DNA of 12,059 nucleotides from Desulfosoma sp. (GTDB lineage Bacteria; Desulfobacterota; Syntrophobacteria; Syntrophobacterales; DSM-9756), in NCBI GenBank assembly GCA_037481835.1, contig JBBFKW010000027.1, positions 1,354 to 13,412 of the forward strand. The letters run 5' to 3'. The notes under the pieces were generated by a model. The model saw nothing but the letters and a program-made list of their open reading frames with translations. It was not told where the DNA came from and did no database searches. Below are positions 1 through 7,464 of the stretch, piece after piece. The translations under genes and the position numbers were made by a program. Each line of letters begins with the position of its first letter. Positions within the stretch are counted from its first letter, which is position 1.

Positions 1-402
1 CTAGCGGCGGAGAACTTTTTCCCGGGCCCGTTTTTTCTCCAGGGCGCCCTCGATTTTCACCACCAAATCGTCGATGGGACACGGTTTAAGAAGATATTCA
101 TAGCCGCCGAGGCGCATGATTTCCACGGCGGCGTCCACATTGGCGTGCCCGGTGAGGATGATGACTTCCGGCAAGGGATCCAGGGCCTTGATCTTGGCCA
201 AGGCCTGGATGCCGTCCATGCCCGGCATTTTCACATCCAGGACGATGACGTCCACTTCGCCTTGCTGCACCCGAACCAGAGCCTCATGGGCCGACCCCGC
301 CTCCTCCACCTCGAATCCCCTCTTCCTTAAAAGTTTTCCCATGGTGGTGCGAAACCGATCTTCATCGTCCACGAGAAGAATCCGTGCGATGCTCGATGCC
401 AT
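1..402 (-). CDS. Stand-alone response regulator (single receiver domain, NtrC-like subtype, no output domain), 133 aa
   Basis: Receiver motifs ILLVDDE, phospho-acceptor VLDVKMPGMDG, ILTGH and YLLKP, followed only by a short basic tail. ATG at 402 is preferred over 408 because AGGAGG (409-414, minus strand) lies 6 nt upstream. Stop TAG at 1-3. Confidence 0.95.
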   Translation of the reverse strand: MASSIARILLVDDEDRFRTTMGKLLRKRGFEVEEAGSAHEALVRVQQGEVDVIVLDVKMPGMDGIQALAKIKALDPLPEVIILTGHANVDAAVEIMRLGGYEYLLKPCPIDDLVVKIEGALEKKRAREKVLRR

Positions 403-412
403 GAACATCCTC

Positions 413-1342
413 CTATTGAAAAGTCTTCCGAGACGCTATGGGACGCCGGGGGAGCCGGACCGTGAATTGACTGCCGCACCCTTCTTTCGAATCCACGAGG
501 ATCAGCCCTCCGAGGGCCGTCACGATTTTCTGGCACACGGCCAACCCCAGTCCCGTGCCCCTTTCCGGGTCCTTGGTGCTGAAAAAGGGATCGAAAAGAT
601 GTGGAAGGTGTTGCGGGGCGATGCCGCATCCCGTATCGGCGATGGAAATATCCACCCAGCCCTTGGCATCGTCCCGGGTCATGACAGTTACGGTCCCTTC
701 TTTTTCGATGGCTTGGACGGCGTTGTTCAGAAGATTGAGGACGACCTGGCGAAGCAACGGGGGATCCGTCCACACAGGCGCCAGATTTTCCTGGTAGAGC
801 CTCTCCAGGGTGATGCTCTTGCCGTGGGTGACCCGCTCCACCAGCCGGACCATTTCCTCGATCAATGCGTTGATGTCGACCCACTGCAGGACGGGTTCGC
901 TCTTTCGGGCGAAGTCCAACAGCCGGTGCGTGATCTCGGCACATCGGCTGACCTGGGCCGCGATGACCTCAAGGGATTCCTGGACTTCGCGCCGTGCCTG
1001 AACATCAGGCGGAGGGTGCTCTTTGAGGATTTCCTGAATCCATTCCGTTTCACGGCCGATCACGGCCAAAGGATTGTTCACTTCATGGGCGATCCCCGAA
1101 GCCATTTCCCCGATGGTGGCCATTTTTTGGGCTTGGAGCAGCTGGCGCGTGGTGAACTCGTCCTTGGAGCGCTCCTGGAGGATCGTTCGAACGATGACGA
1201 AGGAGACGATGAGGAAGAAAACACCCCACAGGACCAAAAAAAAACCGGAAACGGGCCGACCCGACACCGCCGCTGCCGCACCGTGCCCCAAAGCCCCGAG
1301 GGCCGGGATGTAAGCCCAGAAATGCCGCGCTTGTTCCTTCAT
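413..1342 (-). CDS. Membrane-anchored histidine kinase (short N-terminal hydrophobic region + HisKA + HATPase_c), ~309 aa
   Basis: H-box GIAHEVNNPL, N-box QVVLNLLNNAVQA, G1 DTGCGI, F-box FDPFFSTK, G2 GTGLGLAV. Start reassigned from 1597 to ATG 1342 (MKEQARHFW...), which follows AGGAAGG. The 85 upstream codons look non-coding and overlap the regulatory region. Confidence 0.92.
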   Translation of the reverse strand: MKEQARHFWAYIPALGALGHGAAAAVSGRPVSGFFLVLWGVFFLIVSFVIVRTILQERSKDEFTTRQLLQAQKMATIGEMASGIAHEVNNPLAVIGRETEWIQEILKEHPPPDVQARREVQESLEVIAAQVSRCAEITHRLLDFARKSEPVLQWVDINALIEEMVRLVERVTHGKSITLERLYQENLAPVWTDPPLLRQVVLNLLNNAVQAIEKEGTVTVMTRDDAKGWVDISIADTGCGIAPQHLPHLFDPFFSTKDPERGTGLGLAVCQKIVTALGGLILVDSKEGCGSQFTVRLPRRPIASRKTFQ

Positions 1343-1523
1343 GGGACCTTCCTGTTCCCGTGCCGATCCTTCCGCCTTGCAGCGGACCGCACCGAACACC
1401 ATGACCGAGCAAAAGACGGGCCGTTTGCCCCAGAGCATCCAGTCCCCCCGGCTCGAAGCCTCAGCCCTTGGCCGGACCGGGTCTTGGGAGCCTCGCGCAA
1501 CTACCGCCCCACGTCTTTCTGCC

Positions 1524-1550
1524 TTTGACGAAATGTTAAAGATCCTGACA
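1524..1550. promoter_or_regulatory. Candidate upstream activator site: overlapping imperfect inverted repeats TTTGAC-N5-GTTAAA (1524-1540) and TGTTA-N7-TGACA (1534-1550)
   Basis: An AT-rich dyad in GC-rich intergenic DNA, ~100-120 bp upstream of the sigma-54 motif, a typical distance for an enhancer-binding-protein site. Function is inferred. Confidence 0.45.
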
Positions 1551-1646
1551 GTCGTCCGAAGCTCCGCACCCCGGCACCCATCCCCCAGGCTTTCCATGCC
1601 TTAAGGGGGATGCGCCCTTTTCGGCCCCTCCGGGCAACACTTCGCC

Positions 1647-1661
1647 TGGCACATTCCTTGC
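1647..1661 (+). promoter_or_regulatory. Sigma-54 (RpoN) -24/-12 promoter for the rightward operon
   Basis: TGGCACATTCCTTGC matches the consensus TGGCACG-N4-TTGC at all but one defined position, with exact GG-N10-GC spacing. It is intergenic and 86 nt upstream of the ATG at 1748. Confidence 0.85.
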
Positions 1662-1747
1662 CCTTCAGACAAGCGGCGTTCGGGGAGAAGGGCTGTCTTT
1701 TCTCGGCGCGGCACACAACTTTCGAAGGTGGAAGGACGCCAGCTTTC

Positions 1748-2197
1748 ATGGACCGACCTTTCCGAATTCTCGTCACCGACCGAAATCGCCATGTGCGGGC
1801 TTTCCTCAAAAGGGAACTTGCCCGGGAAGGCTACGAGGTCATGGAAGCCAAGGATTGCCGGGAGTTGCAAAAAATCCTGCGTTCCCCGGTGACGGTGGAT
1901 CTTTTGGTGTTCGATCCGGACATCGCTTTCGAAAATTTTCGAAGCATGATCCATCTGCTGAAAGAACGCTATCCGTCGTTGCCTGTGGTTCTACACAGCT
2001 TTGGGGAGGAGCCTGCGGGAGGGCAGGATGTGGCGGCGGCCGTTCGAAAGACGGGCTCGCCCGGTGAGCTCAAAGCCGCCGTGGCCCGGCTTCTTGGGGG
2101 TTCAGCCTCTTGGGAGGCTTCTTCACGGCCTTCTGTCGGCCATCCGTGGCGCGGTCCCTTGAGCGCAGGAAGGAACTCCGATGATCACGGCGGATGA
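1748..2197 (+). CDS. Atypical stand-alone receiver-domain protein, ~149 aa
   Basis: Receiver-fold pattern FRILVTDRNRHVR...GYEVMEAKD...VDLLVFDPDI...PVVLHS...VRKTGS. The acceptor Asp, Ser and Lys positions are retained, but the acidic pocket (DD/DE to DRN) and KP (to KT) are degenerate. Start ATG 1748 lies downstream of the sigma-54 promoter, which rules out the 1610 start. Confidence 0.85.
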   Translation: MDRPFRILVTDRNRHVRAFLKRELAREGYEVMEAKDCRELQKILRSPVTVDLLVFDPDIAFENFRSMIHLLKERYPSLPVVLHSFGEEPAGGQDVAAAVRKTGSPGELKAAVARLLGGSASWEASSRPSVGHPWRGPLSAGRNSDDHGG

Positions 2198-3989
2198 AAG
2201 ATATTACAGCAGCCTGCGCCGAAACATCATGGCCATCATCATTACCGTGGCCCTGATGCCTCTGCTCGCCATGATGGCCATCGCCGGGTACCAGTTTCAC
2301 ACGGCCTATCGCTACAAGGTGGTGGATCACCTGGCGGCTTTGGTGGACCGCCACACTTTGCATATTGATTCTTTTCTTTCGGAAAAACTGGCGGACATCA
2401 GCACTCTGGCGGCCATCAAACCCTTGGAAAAGCTCCAGGACCCCGCCGAGATGGAAAAGATTCTCGGCATGTTCCAGGAAAAGCATCGCGGTGTCTTCGT
2501 GGACCTCGGGCTTGTGGACGAACGAGGCTTCCAGGTGGCCTACGCCGGCCCGTTTCGCCTGACGCAGGCGCAATACGGGGAGGCGTCCTGGTTTCAGGAA
2601 TCCATCCGGCAGCCTTTCACCGTGAGCGACGTCTTTCTCGGGCTTCGGGGCATACCCCACTTCATCGTGGCCGTGCGCATCGAATCCGGCGGGCACTTGT
2701 GGGTCTTGCGCTCCACCATCGATTTCATGGCGTTCAACCGCCTTGTGGAGGATCTGCGCATCGGCAAGACGGGCCAGGCTTTCATCGTCAACGCCGAAGG
2801 CCAATTCCAGACCCAACCCCATGCCCAGCCCGGCGTGGATCCCCAGGAACTGCTGAGGGTCGTGCGGGGGGAAACGCCCAAGGAGATTCATCCCACGGCC
2901 GTGGAGGGTCTGGAAATCATGGGTTCGTCGGGCAATGTCTACAAAATGCCCACCAGCTCCCACGGGGCTTCCTGGTTCGAGTACACGGTGCCCCAGAGCC
3001 AGCGCCGATATCTGGTCTTTTACCAGATCCTCAAAGGGGGGCGCTGGTACCTCTTCTACCTGCAAGAAGTGGAAGACGCCTTCCACGACCTTTATAAGGC
3101 CCGCACCCTGACCCTCCTCGTGCTGGCTTTCAGCGCCCTGGGCGTGGCGGTGACGGCGTGGGCGTTGTCCCGGCGGGTGGTCCAGCGGATCATCCAGGTG
3201 GACCGCGAAAAGGAGATGATGAACGAGCAGGTCATCGAGGCGGGCAAGCTGGCTTCCATCGGGGAATTGGCCGCCGGGATCGCCCACGAAATCAATAACC
3301 CCGTGGCCATCATGGTGGAAGAGGCCGGATGGATCCAGGATCTCCTGGAAGATCTGGATCGGGGCCAATCGTTGGACGTGGAGGAGGTGCGCCGATCCTT
3401 GCAACAAATCCGCACGCAAGGGGCGCGGTGCAAGGAAATCACGCACAAGCTCCTGAGTTTTGCCCGCAGAACCGACCCCACGGTGCAACAGGTGCAGCTG
3501 AACAAACTCATTCGCGAAGTGGTGGCCCTGGTGGAACAAAGGGCCCGATACGCCGGCGTGACCATCCGTACGCACCTGACGGACGGCCTGCCTTGGGTGG
3601 CCATGTCCCCGTCGGAGATGCAGCAGGTGCTTTTGAACCTCATCAATAACGCTCTGGACGCCATGGAAAAGACCGGGGGCACCTTGGACATCACCACCCG
3701 GTTCGAAGACGGCCGGGTCATCGTGGATGTGGCGGATACGGGAGAAGGGATTCCCCAGGCCATTCTCCAGCGCATTTTCGATCCCTTTTTCACCACGAAA
3801 CCCGTGGGCAAGGGGACCGGCTTGGGCCTTTCCATCTGTTACGGGATCATACGAAAGCTCGGAGGCGACATTTCAGTCAACAGCGCCGTCGGCGTGGGGA
3901 CCACTTTTCATATCTATTTGCCTCCGGGCGACGGGGTTGTGGAGACGCCGCCGCCGGGGCCGGAAACTCTCAGCAAGGAGGATTCGTGA
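2181..3989 (+). CDS. Sensor histidine kinase, TM + periplasmic Cache-like domain + TM + HisKA + HATPase_c, 602 aa
   Basis: TM1 IMAIIITVALMPLLAMMAIAGY. Periplasmic region with Cache-like motifs (VFVDLGLVDERG, WFQES...VSDVFLG, GQAFIVNAEG). TM2 LTLLVLAFSALGVAVTAWAL. H-box GIAHEINNPV, N-box QVLLNLINNALDA, DTGEGI, FDPFFTTK, GTGLGLSI. AGGAAGGA precedes the ATG. Confidence 0.95.
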   Translation: MITADERYYSSLRRNIMAIIITVALMPLLAMMAIAGYQFHTAYRYKVVDHLAALVDRHTLHIDSFLSEKLADISTLAAIKPLEKLQDPAEMEKILGMFQEKHRGVFVDLGLVDERGFQVAYAGPFRLTQAQYGEASWFQESIRQPFTVSDVFLGLRGIPHFIVAVRIESGGHLWVLRSTIDFMAFNRLVEDLRIGKTGQAFIVNAEGQFQTQPHAQPGVDPQELLRVVRGETPKEIHPTAVEGLEIMGSSGNVYKMPTSSHGASWFEYTVPQSQRRYLVFYQILKGGRWYLFYLQEVEDAFHDLYKARTLTLLVLAFSALGVAVTAWALSRRVVQRIIQVDREKEMMNEQVIEAGKLASIGELAAGIAHEINNPVAIMVEEAGWIQDLLEDLDRGQSLDVEEVRRSLQQIRTQGARCKEITHKLLSFARRTDPTVQQVQLNKLIREVVALVEQRARYAGVTIRTHLTDGLPWVAMSPSEMQQVLLNLINNALDAMEKTGGTLDITTRFEDGRVIVDVADTGEGIPQAILQRIFDPFFTTKPVGKGTGLGLSICYGIIRKLGGDISVNSAVGVGTTFHIYLPPGDGVVETPPPGPETLSKEDS

Positions 3990-4423
3990 TGGATCGCACT
4001 TATGTGATGCTCGTGGACGATGAAGTGCCCTTCGTGGACACCATGACCCGACGCTTGGGCAAAAGGGGTTTTGAAATCCTGCAGGCCTACAGCGGCCCGG
4101 AGGCGCTGCAGGCGTTGGCCAAAAATCCCAAGGTGGATGTGGTCGTTCTGGACGTGAAGATGCCCGGCATGGACGGTATCGAGGCCTTGCGGGAAATCAA
4201 GAAGGCCTACCCTCTCGTGGAAGTCATAATGCTCACCGGCCACGCCACGGTGGAAACGGCCATCGAAGGCATGCGCCTCGGGGCGTTCGACTACCTGATG
4301 AAGCCCTGCGACATCGACGAACTGGTGTCCAAGGTGCAGGAAGCCAAGGAGAAAAAAGCCCGGCACGAAGACAAGATCATGGAAGCCAAGGCCAAGACCA
4401 TCGCCTTGCGCCGGGGAGATTGA
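3989..4423 (+). CDS. Stand-alone response regulator (single receiver), ~144 aa
   Basis: VMLVDDE, VLDVKMPGMDG, MLTGH, YLMKP. ATG 3989 overlaps the kinase stop (TGATG), with AGGAGG 7 nt upstream. GTG 3986 is an alternative start. Confidence 0.95.
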   Translation: MDRTYVMLVDDEVPFVDTMTRRLGKRGFEILQAYSGPEALQALAKNPKVDVVVLDVKMPGMDGIEALREIKKAYPLVEVIMLTGHATVETAIEGMRLGAFDYLMKPCDIDELVSKVQEAKEKKARHEDKIMEAKAKTIALRRGD

Positions 4424-4438
4424 GGAAAAGAGAGCGCC

Positions 4439-4834
4439 ATGACCGTCCCGCATAAGCCCGAGACACGCGAGCTTCGCGTCCTTTTGGTGGACGACGAAAA
4501 GGGCTTCACCGATGTCTTGGCCCGCCGCCTGGGGCGACGGTCCATGCGCGTCACCACAGCCGGCAGCGGCACCGAAGGCATTCAAAGACTTCGGGATGAG
4601 CGGTTCGATGTGGCGGTCTTGGACCTCAAAATGGAAGACATGGACGGTATCGAAGTTCTCAAAATCTTTAAGAAGATCGACCCCCAAATGCCGGTCATCA
4701 TGCTCACCGGCCATGGTTCGGAACAGGCGGCTCGAGAGGGCTTGGCTTACGGCGCCTTCGATTACCTGACAAAACCCTGCGAGTTGGACGATCTGGTGTC
4801 CAAGATCTGTCGGGCCGTGGAAGCTGCGAGGTGA
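4439..4834 (+). CDS. Stand-alone response regulator (single receiver), 131 aa
   Basis: VLLVDDE, VLDLKMEDMDG, MLTGH, YLTKP; no output domain. Confidence 0.95.
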   Translation: MTVPHKPETRELRVLLVDDEKGFTDVLARRLGRRSMRVTTAGSGTEGIQRLRDERFDVAVLDLKMEDMDGIEVLKIFKKIDPQMPVIMLTGHGSEQAAREGLAYGAFDYLTKPCELDDLVSKICRAVEAAR

Positions 4835-4838
4835 GTCC

Positions 4839-5258
4839 GTGGAAACGATCCGAGTGTTGCTCGTCGATGATGAAGTGGAATTTCTCGACACGCTCCTCAA
4901 GCGCATGCGCAAGAGGCAGGTGGAGGCCGCCGGGGTCTACAGCGGGGAAGAAGCCCTGCGCTACCTGGAATCATCCCCGGTGGACGTGGTGGTCTTGGAT
5001 GTCAAAATGCCGGGGATGGACGGCATTGACGCCTTGAAGGCCATCAAGGAGCGGTATCCCTTGGTGGAAGTGATCATGCTTACGGGCCACGCCAACGTGG
5101 AGGTGGCCATTCAGGGCATGGAACTGGGCGCCTTCGACTACCTGATGAAACCCATGGACATCGATGAGCTCCTCTACAAGGTCCAGGACGCCTGCAAGAA
5201 AAAGAGACTTCATGAAAAGAGAATCCAAAAGCGGAAAGGGGGTGAAGACGGAGAGTAA
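4839..5258 (+). CDS. Stand-alone response regulator (single receiver), 139 aa
   Basis: VLLVDDE, VLDVKMPGMDG, MLTGH, YLMKP, basic C-terminal tail. GTG start with a 4-nt gap after the previous stop, preceded by GAGGTG. Confidence 0.95.
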   Translation: METIRVLLVDDEVEFLDTLLKRMRKRQVEAAGVYSGEEALRYLESSPVDVVVLDVKMPGMDGIDALKAIKERYPLVEVIMLTGHANVEVAIQGMELGAFDYLMKPMDIDELLYKVQDACKKKRLHEKRIQKRKGGEDGE

Positions 5259-5338
5259 CAAAAGGGGAGTGTGAGCCGGTACCGGCCGGGATCGGCAAGG
5301 GAGGAATGCCTACGAGACCTAGAGCAGAGGTTGAGACC

Positions 5339-6637
5339 ATGAAAAGCCTTCGAAAAGCCTATGAACTCCTTCTCAGCGCATCCAAAGCGCACGCCCGCTG
5401 GGATTACGAGACATCCATGAACATCGTGCGCAGTCGAAAGCGTCTGGTCCTTCTCGGCCTTTTGGCGCTTCCGGCGTTGCTGTTCGCCGTGGCCTTCGCC
5501 GCAGATCCGTCCGGCGGAGGGCTGCCGGGCATGCTGGGCGGCAAGGAAGCCTACACGCCCGCCTTTTACGACACCCGCATCTTCTTGATTTCCATTCTCA
5601 TCGGCTTGTGTGCCGGCCTGATCACGGGATGTATCGGCGCCGGTGGGGGCTTCATCATCACCCCCGCCTTGATGAGCGCCGGCATCAAGGGGATCTTGGC
5701 GGTCGGAACGGATTTGTTCCACATTTTCGCCAAGGCCATCATGGGAACCACGGTTCATAAGAAACTGGGCAACGTTTCCGTGCCCTTGGCCATCTGGTTC
5801 CTCGTGGGATCCGGCATCGGGGTGACCGGGGGCGGGGTGATCAACCGCACCCTTTACGAAATCAACCCTCTTCTGAGCGACACCTTCATCAGCGTTGTCT
5901 ACGTTTTCCTCCTGGGATTCTTGGGAATCTATGCTCTGACGGATTTCCTCAGGCTGCGCAAAGCGGGCGTGGATGTGGGCGCCCACCACGGGGAAAGCCC
6001 TCACGGCGCCGAGGCGGCTTCGGGCAAGGTGGGGCTGCCGGCCCGGTTGCAGGCCGTGAACCTCCCCCCGTACATCCGCTTTGATGAAGACCTGGTTCCC
6101 GGCGGCAAGAAGATCCCCGCCATCTTCGTCATCATCTCCGGCGCCCTGGTGGGTTTCGTGGCGGCTATCATGGGCGTGGGCGGCGGTTTCCTCACGTTCC
6201 CCATCTTTGTCTACGTTCTCGGCGTCTCTTCGTTCACCACGGTGGGAACGGACATCCTTCAGATCATCTTCACGGGCGCCTACGCCGCCATCTTTCAGTA
6301 CGCCATCTATGGGTTCATTTTTTATACGCTCGCCATGGGCATGCTCCTGGGCTCGCTTCTCGGCGTCCAACTCGGGGCTCTCACGACGAAGGTCATCAAG
6401 GGGATTTACATTCGGGGATTCTACGCCACGGCCATCATGGCGGGTTTTGTCAACCGCTTGTTCGCCCTGCCCAAGAAGCTGGCGGACATGAAGTACATCA
6501 GCCTGGCTCCCGAAACGGGCAAAATCCTAACCACCATCGGCAACTGGGCCTTTTTCATCGTAGTGACCATTTTCGCCTTATGGGTCATCGGCACTTTTGT
6601 GACCCGCATCGGGCTCCTTCGCGGAGAGGAGGCGTAA
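5339..6637 (+). CDS. TauE/SafE (sulfite exporter, TSUP) family polytopic membrane protein, ~432 aa
   Basis: Two internal repeats with the family signature: GLITGCIGAGGGFIITPAL...AVGTDLFHI and GFVAAIMGVGGGFLTFPIF...TVGTDILQI. Many hydrophobic helices. The start is uncertain: ATG 5339 (GAGG upstream) or ATG 5306. Confidence 0.88.
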   Translation: MKSLRKAYELLLSASKAHARWDYETSMNIVRSRKRLVLLGLLALPALLFAVAFAADPSGGGLPGMLGGKEAYTPAFYDTRIFLISILIGLCAGLITGCIGAGGGFIITPALMSAGIKGILAVGTDLFHIFAKAIMGTTVHKKLGNVSVPLAIWFLVGSGIGVTGGGVINRTLYEINPLLSDTFISVVYVFLLGFLGIYALTDFLRLRKAGVDVGAHHGESPHGAEAASGKVGLPARLQAVNLPPYIRFDEDLVPGGKKIPAIFVIISGALVGFVAAIMGVGGGFLTFPIFVYVLGVSSFTTVGTDILQIIFTGAYAAIFQYAIYGFIFYTLAMGMLLGSLLGVQLGALTTKVIKGIYIRGFYATAIMAGFVNRLFALPKKLADMKYISLAPETGKILTTIGNWAFFIVVTIFALWVIGTFVTRIGLLRGEEA

Positions 6638-6641
6638 GATC

Positions 6642-7346
6642 ATGATTCGCAATAAAAAAGCCTTCAGTTTGGGACTTGTCTTGACCGTCTCCTTTTTCAT
6701 CGTCTTGTGGATCATGTTCATGCCGTATTTCGGCGGCGAGAACGCCTTCCATGCGGCGGACCGGTTGTTCAACACCATTTCCAAGGGGTCTTCTTACTAC
6801 ATCCCGGGCCTGGTGGAAAAAGCCAAGGAATGGGACGGCAAGGCGCTTGACGTGAAGATTTCCGTCAGCCCCGATAAGCTCCGGGACAACGTGGCCAAGA
6901 TCCTCATGACCAACGGCGTCATGGTTGCTCAGGAGGCCAACGCCTTGAAGGTGCAAGGGGATCTGGGATCCCTTTTCCAGGCGGCCTTAAAAGACAGTGA
7001 CGATATGTACCACAACCGCGGGGACGCCGTGAGCAGTCGTTACGGCATGCCGGAGAAGGAAGCCCTTTTTGCCTGGTTCAACGCACTCAAAGCTGTGGAC
7101 AAGGCCCTCAAGGAACAAAAGAAGTTTAAGGAATCCAAGGCCGTCAATGAGGTGATCGCTCGTGCCGTCGAGGTCGGTTACAATTACTATGGCATCGCCC
7201 CTCAAAAGGCTTCGGAACAGGCCGGTATTCTGGCCTTCGCACTGGTCTTCTACGTTGTCTACACCATGTGGTGGGGTTTTGCGATCATGTACCTGTTCGA
7301 TGGGCTTGGTCTGGAAATGAAGAAAGGGGCCAAGAAGGAAGTGTAG
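6642..7346 (+). CDS. Hypothetical membrane protein (N- and C-terminal TM helices flanking a ~170-aa soluble domain), probable TauE partner, 234 aa
   Basis: TM FSLGLVLTVSFFIVLWIMFMPYF and TM GILAFALVFYVVYTMWWGFAIMYLF, with basic termini (RNKK; KKGAKK). 4-nt gap after the TauE stop, GGAGG upstream, codon usage like its neighbours. Confidence 0.85.
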   Translation: MIRNKKAFSLGLVLTVSFFIVLWIMFMPYFGGENAFHAADRLFNTISKGSSYYIPGLVEKAKEWDGKALDVKISVSPDKLRDNVAKILMTNGVMVAQEANALKVQGDLGSLFQAALKDSDDMYHNRGDAVSSRYGMPEKEALFAWFNALKAVDKALKEQKKFKESKAVNEVIARAVEVGYNYYGIAPQKASEQAGILAFALVFYVVYTMWWGFAIMYLFDGLGLEMKKGAKKEV

Positions 7347-7432
7347 AGTTTTTAGGTGCGGAGGAGGCCTGCCGTGGGAAAGGCCATACCCCCCCGAACC
7401 GGCGCAGCCCTGCGGCGGGGCTCCTCCCTCGG

Positions 7433-7464
7433 CCTTCCCGGCGGGTTTTCCGCCGGGAAGGTTT
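7433..7464 (+). terminator. Strong hairpin; possible partial terminator or mRNA-stabilising/processing stem
   Basis: Perfect 12-bp stem CCTTCCCGGCGG (7433-7444) / CCGCCGGGAAGG (7450-7461) with loop GTTTT, followed by only TTT. It lies between the partner gene and the PEP-synthase-like gene. Confidence 0.6.

Noticed and set aside
531..545. TGGCAC inside the small kinase gene
   Set aside because: No TTGC/GC at the -12 position, and it is intragenic.
116..1528. 470-aa plus-strand ORF
   Set aside because: Antisense shadow of the kinase and receiver genes, with no recognisable motifs; long shadow ORFs are common in GC-rich DNA.
1343..1597. 85-codon N-terminal extension of the kinase in the ORF track
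   Set aside because: Composition is not protein-like, it overlaps the regulatory region, and there is a good RBS at the 1342 start.
1610..1747. Longer start for the atypical receiver
   Set aside because: It would begin upstream of the sigma-54 promoter; the receiver fold begins at Met 1748.
4286..5149. Repeated DNA segments between receiver genes as a possible CRISPR or mobile repeat
   Set aside because: Explained by paralogous coding sequence; there is no regular repeat-spacer periodicity.
5275..5286. Perfect palindrome GCCGGTACCGGC upstream of TauE
   Set aside because: Short and GC-rich, with no loop or U-tract and no second copy seen; could be chance.
2070..6370. Long minus-strand ORFs (2070-3575, 3092-3835, 3914-4912, 5210-6370)
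   Set aside because: All lie antisense to well-supported genes and lack domain motifs.
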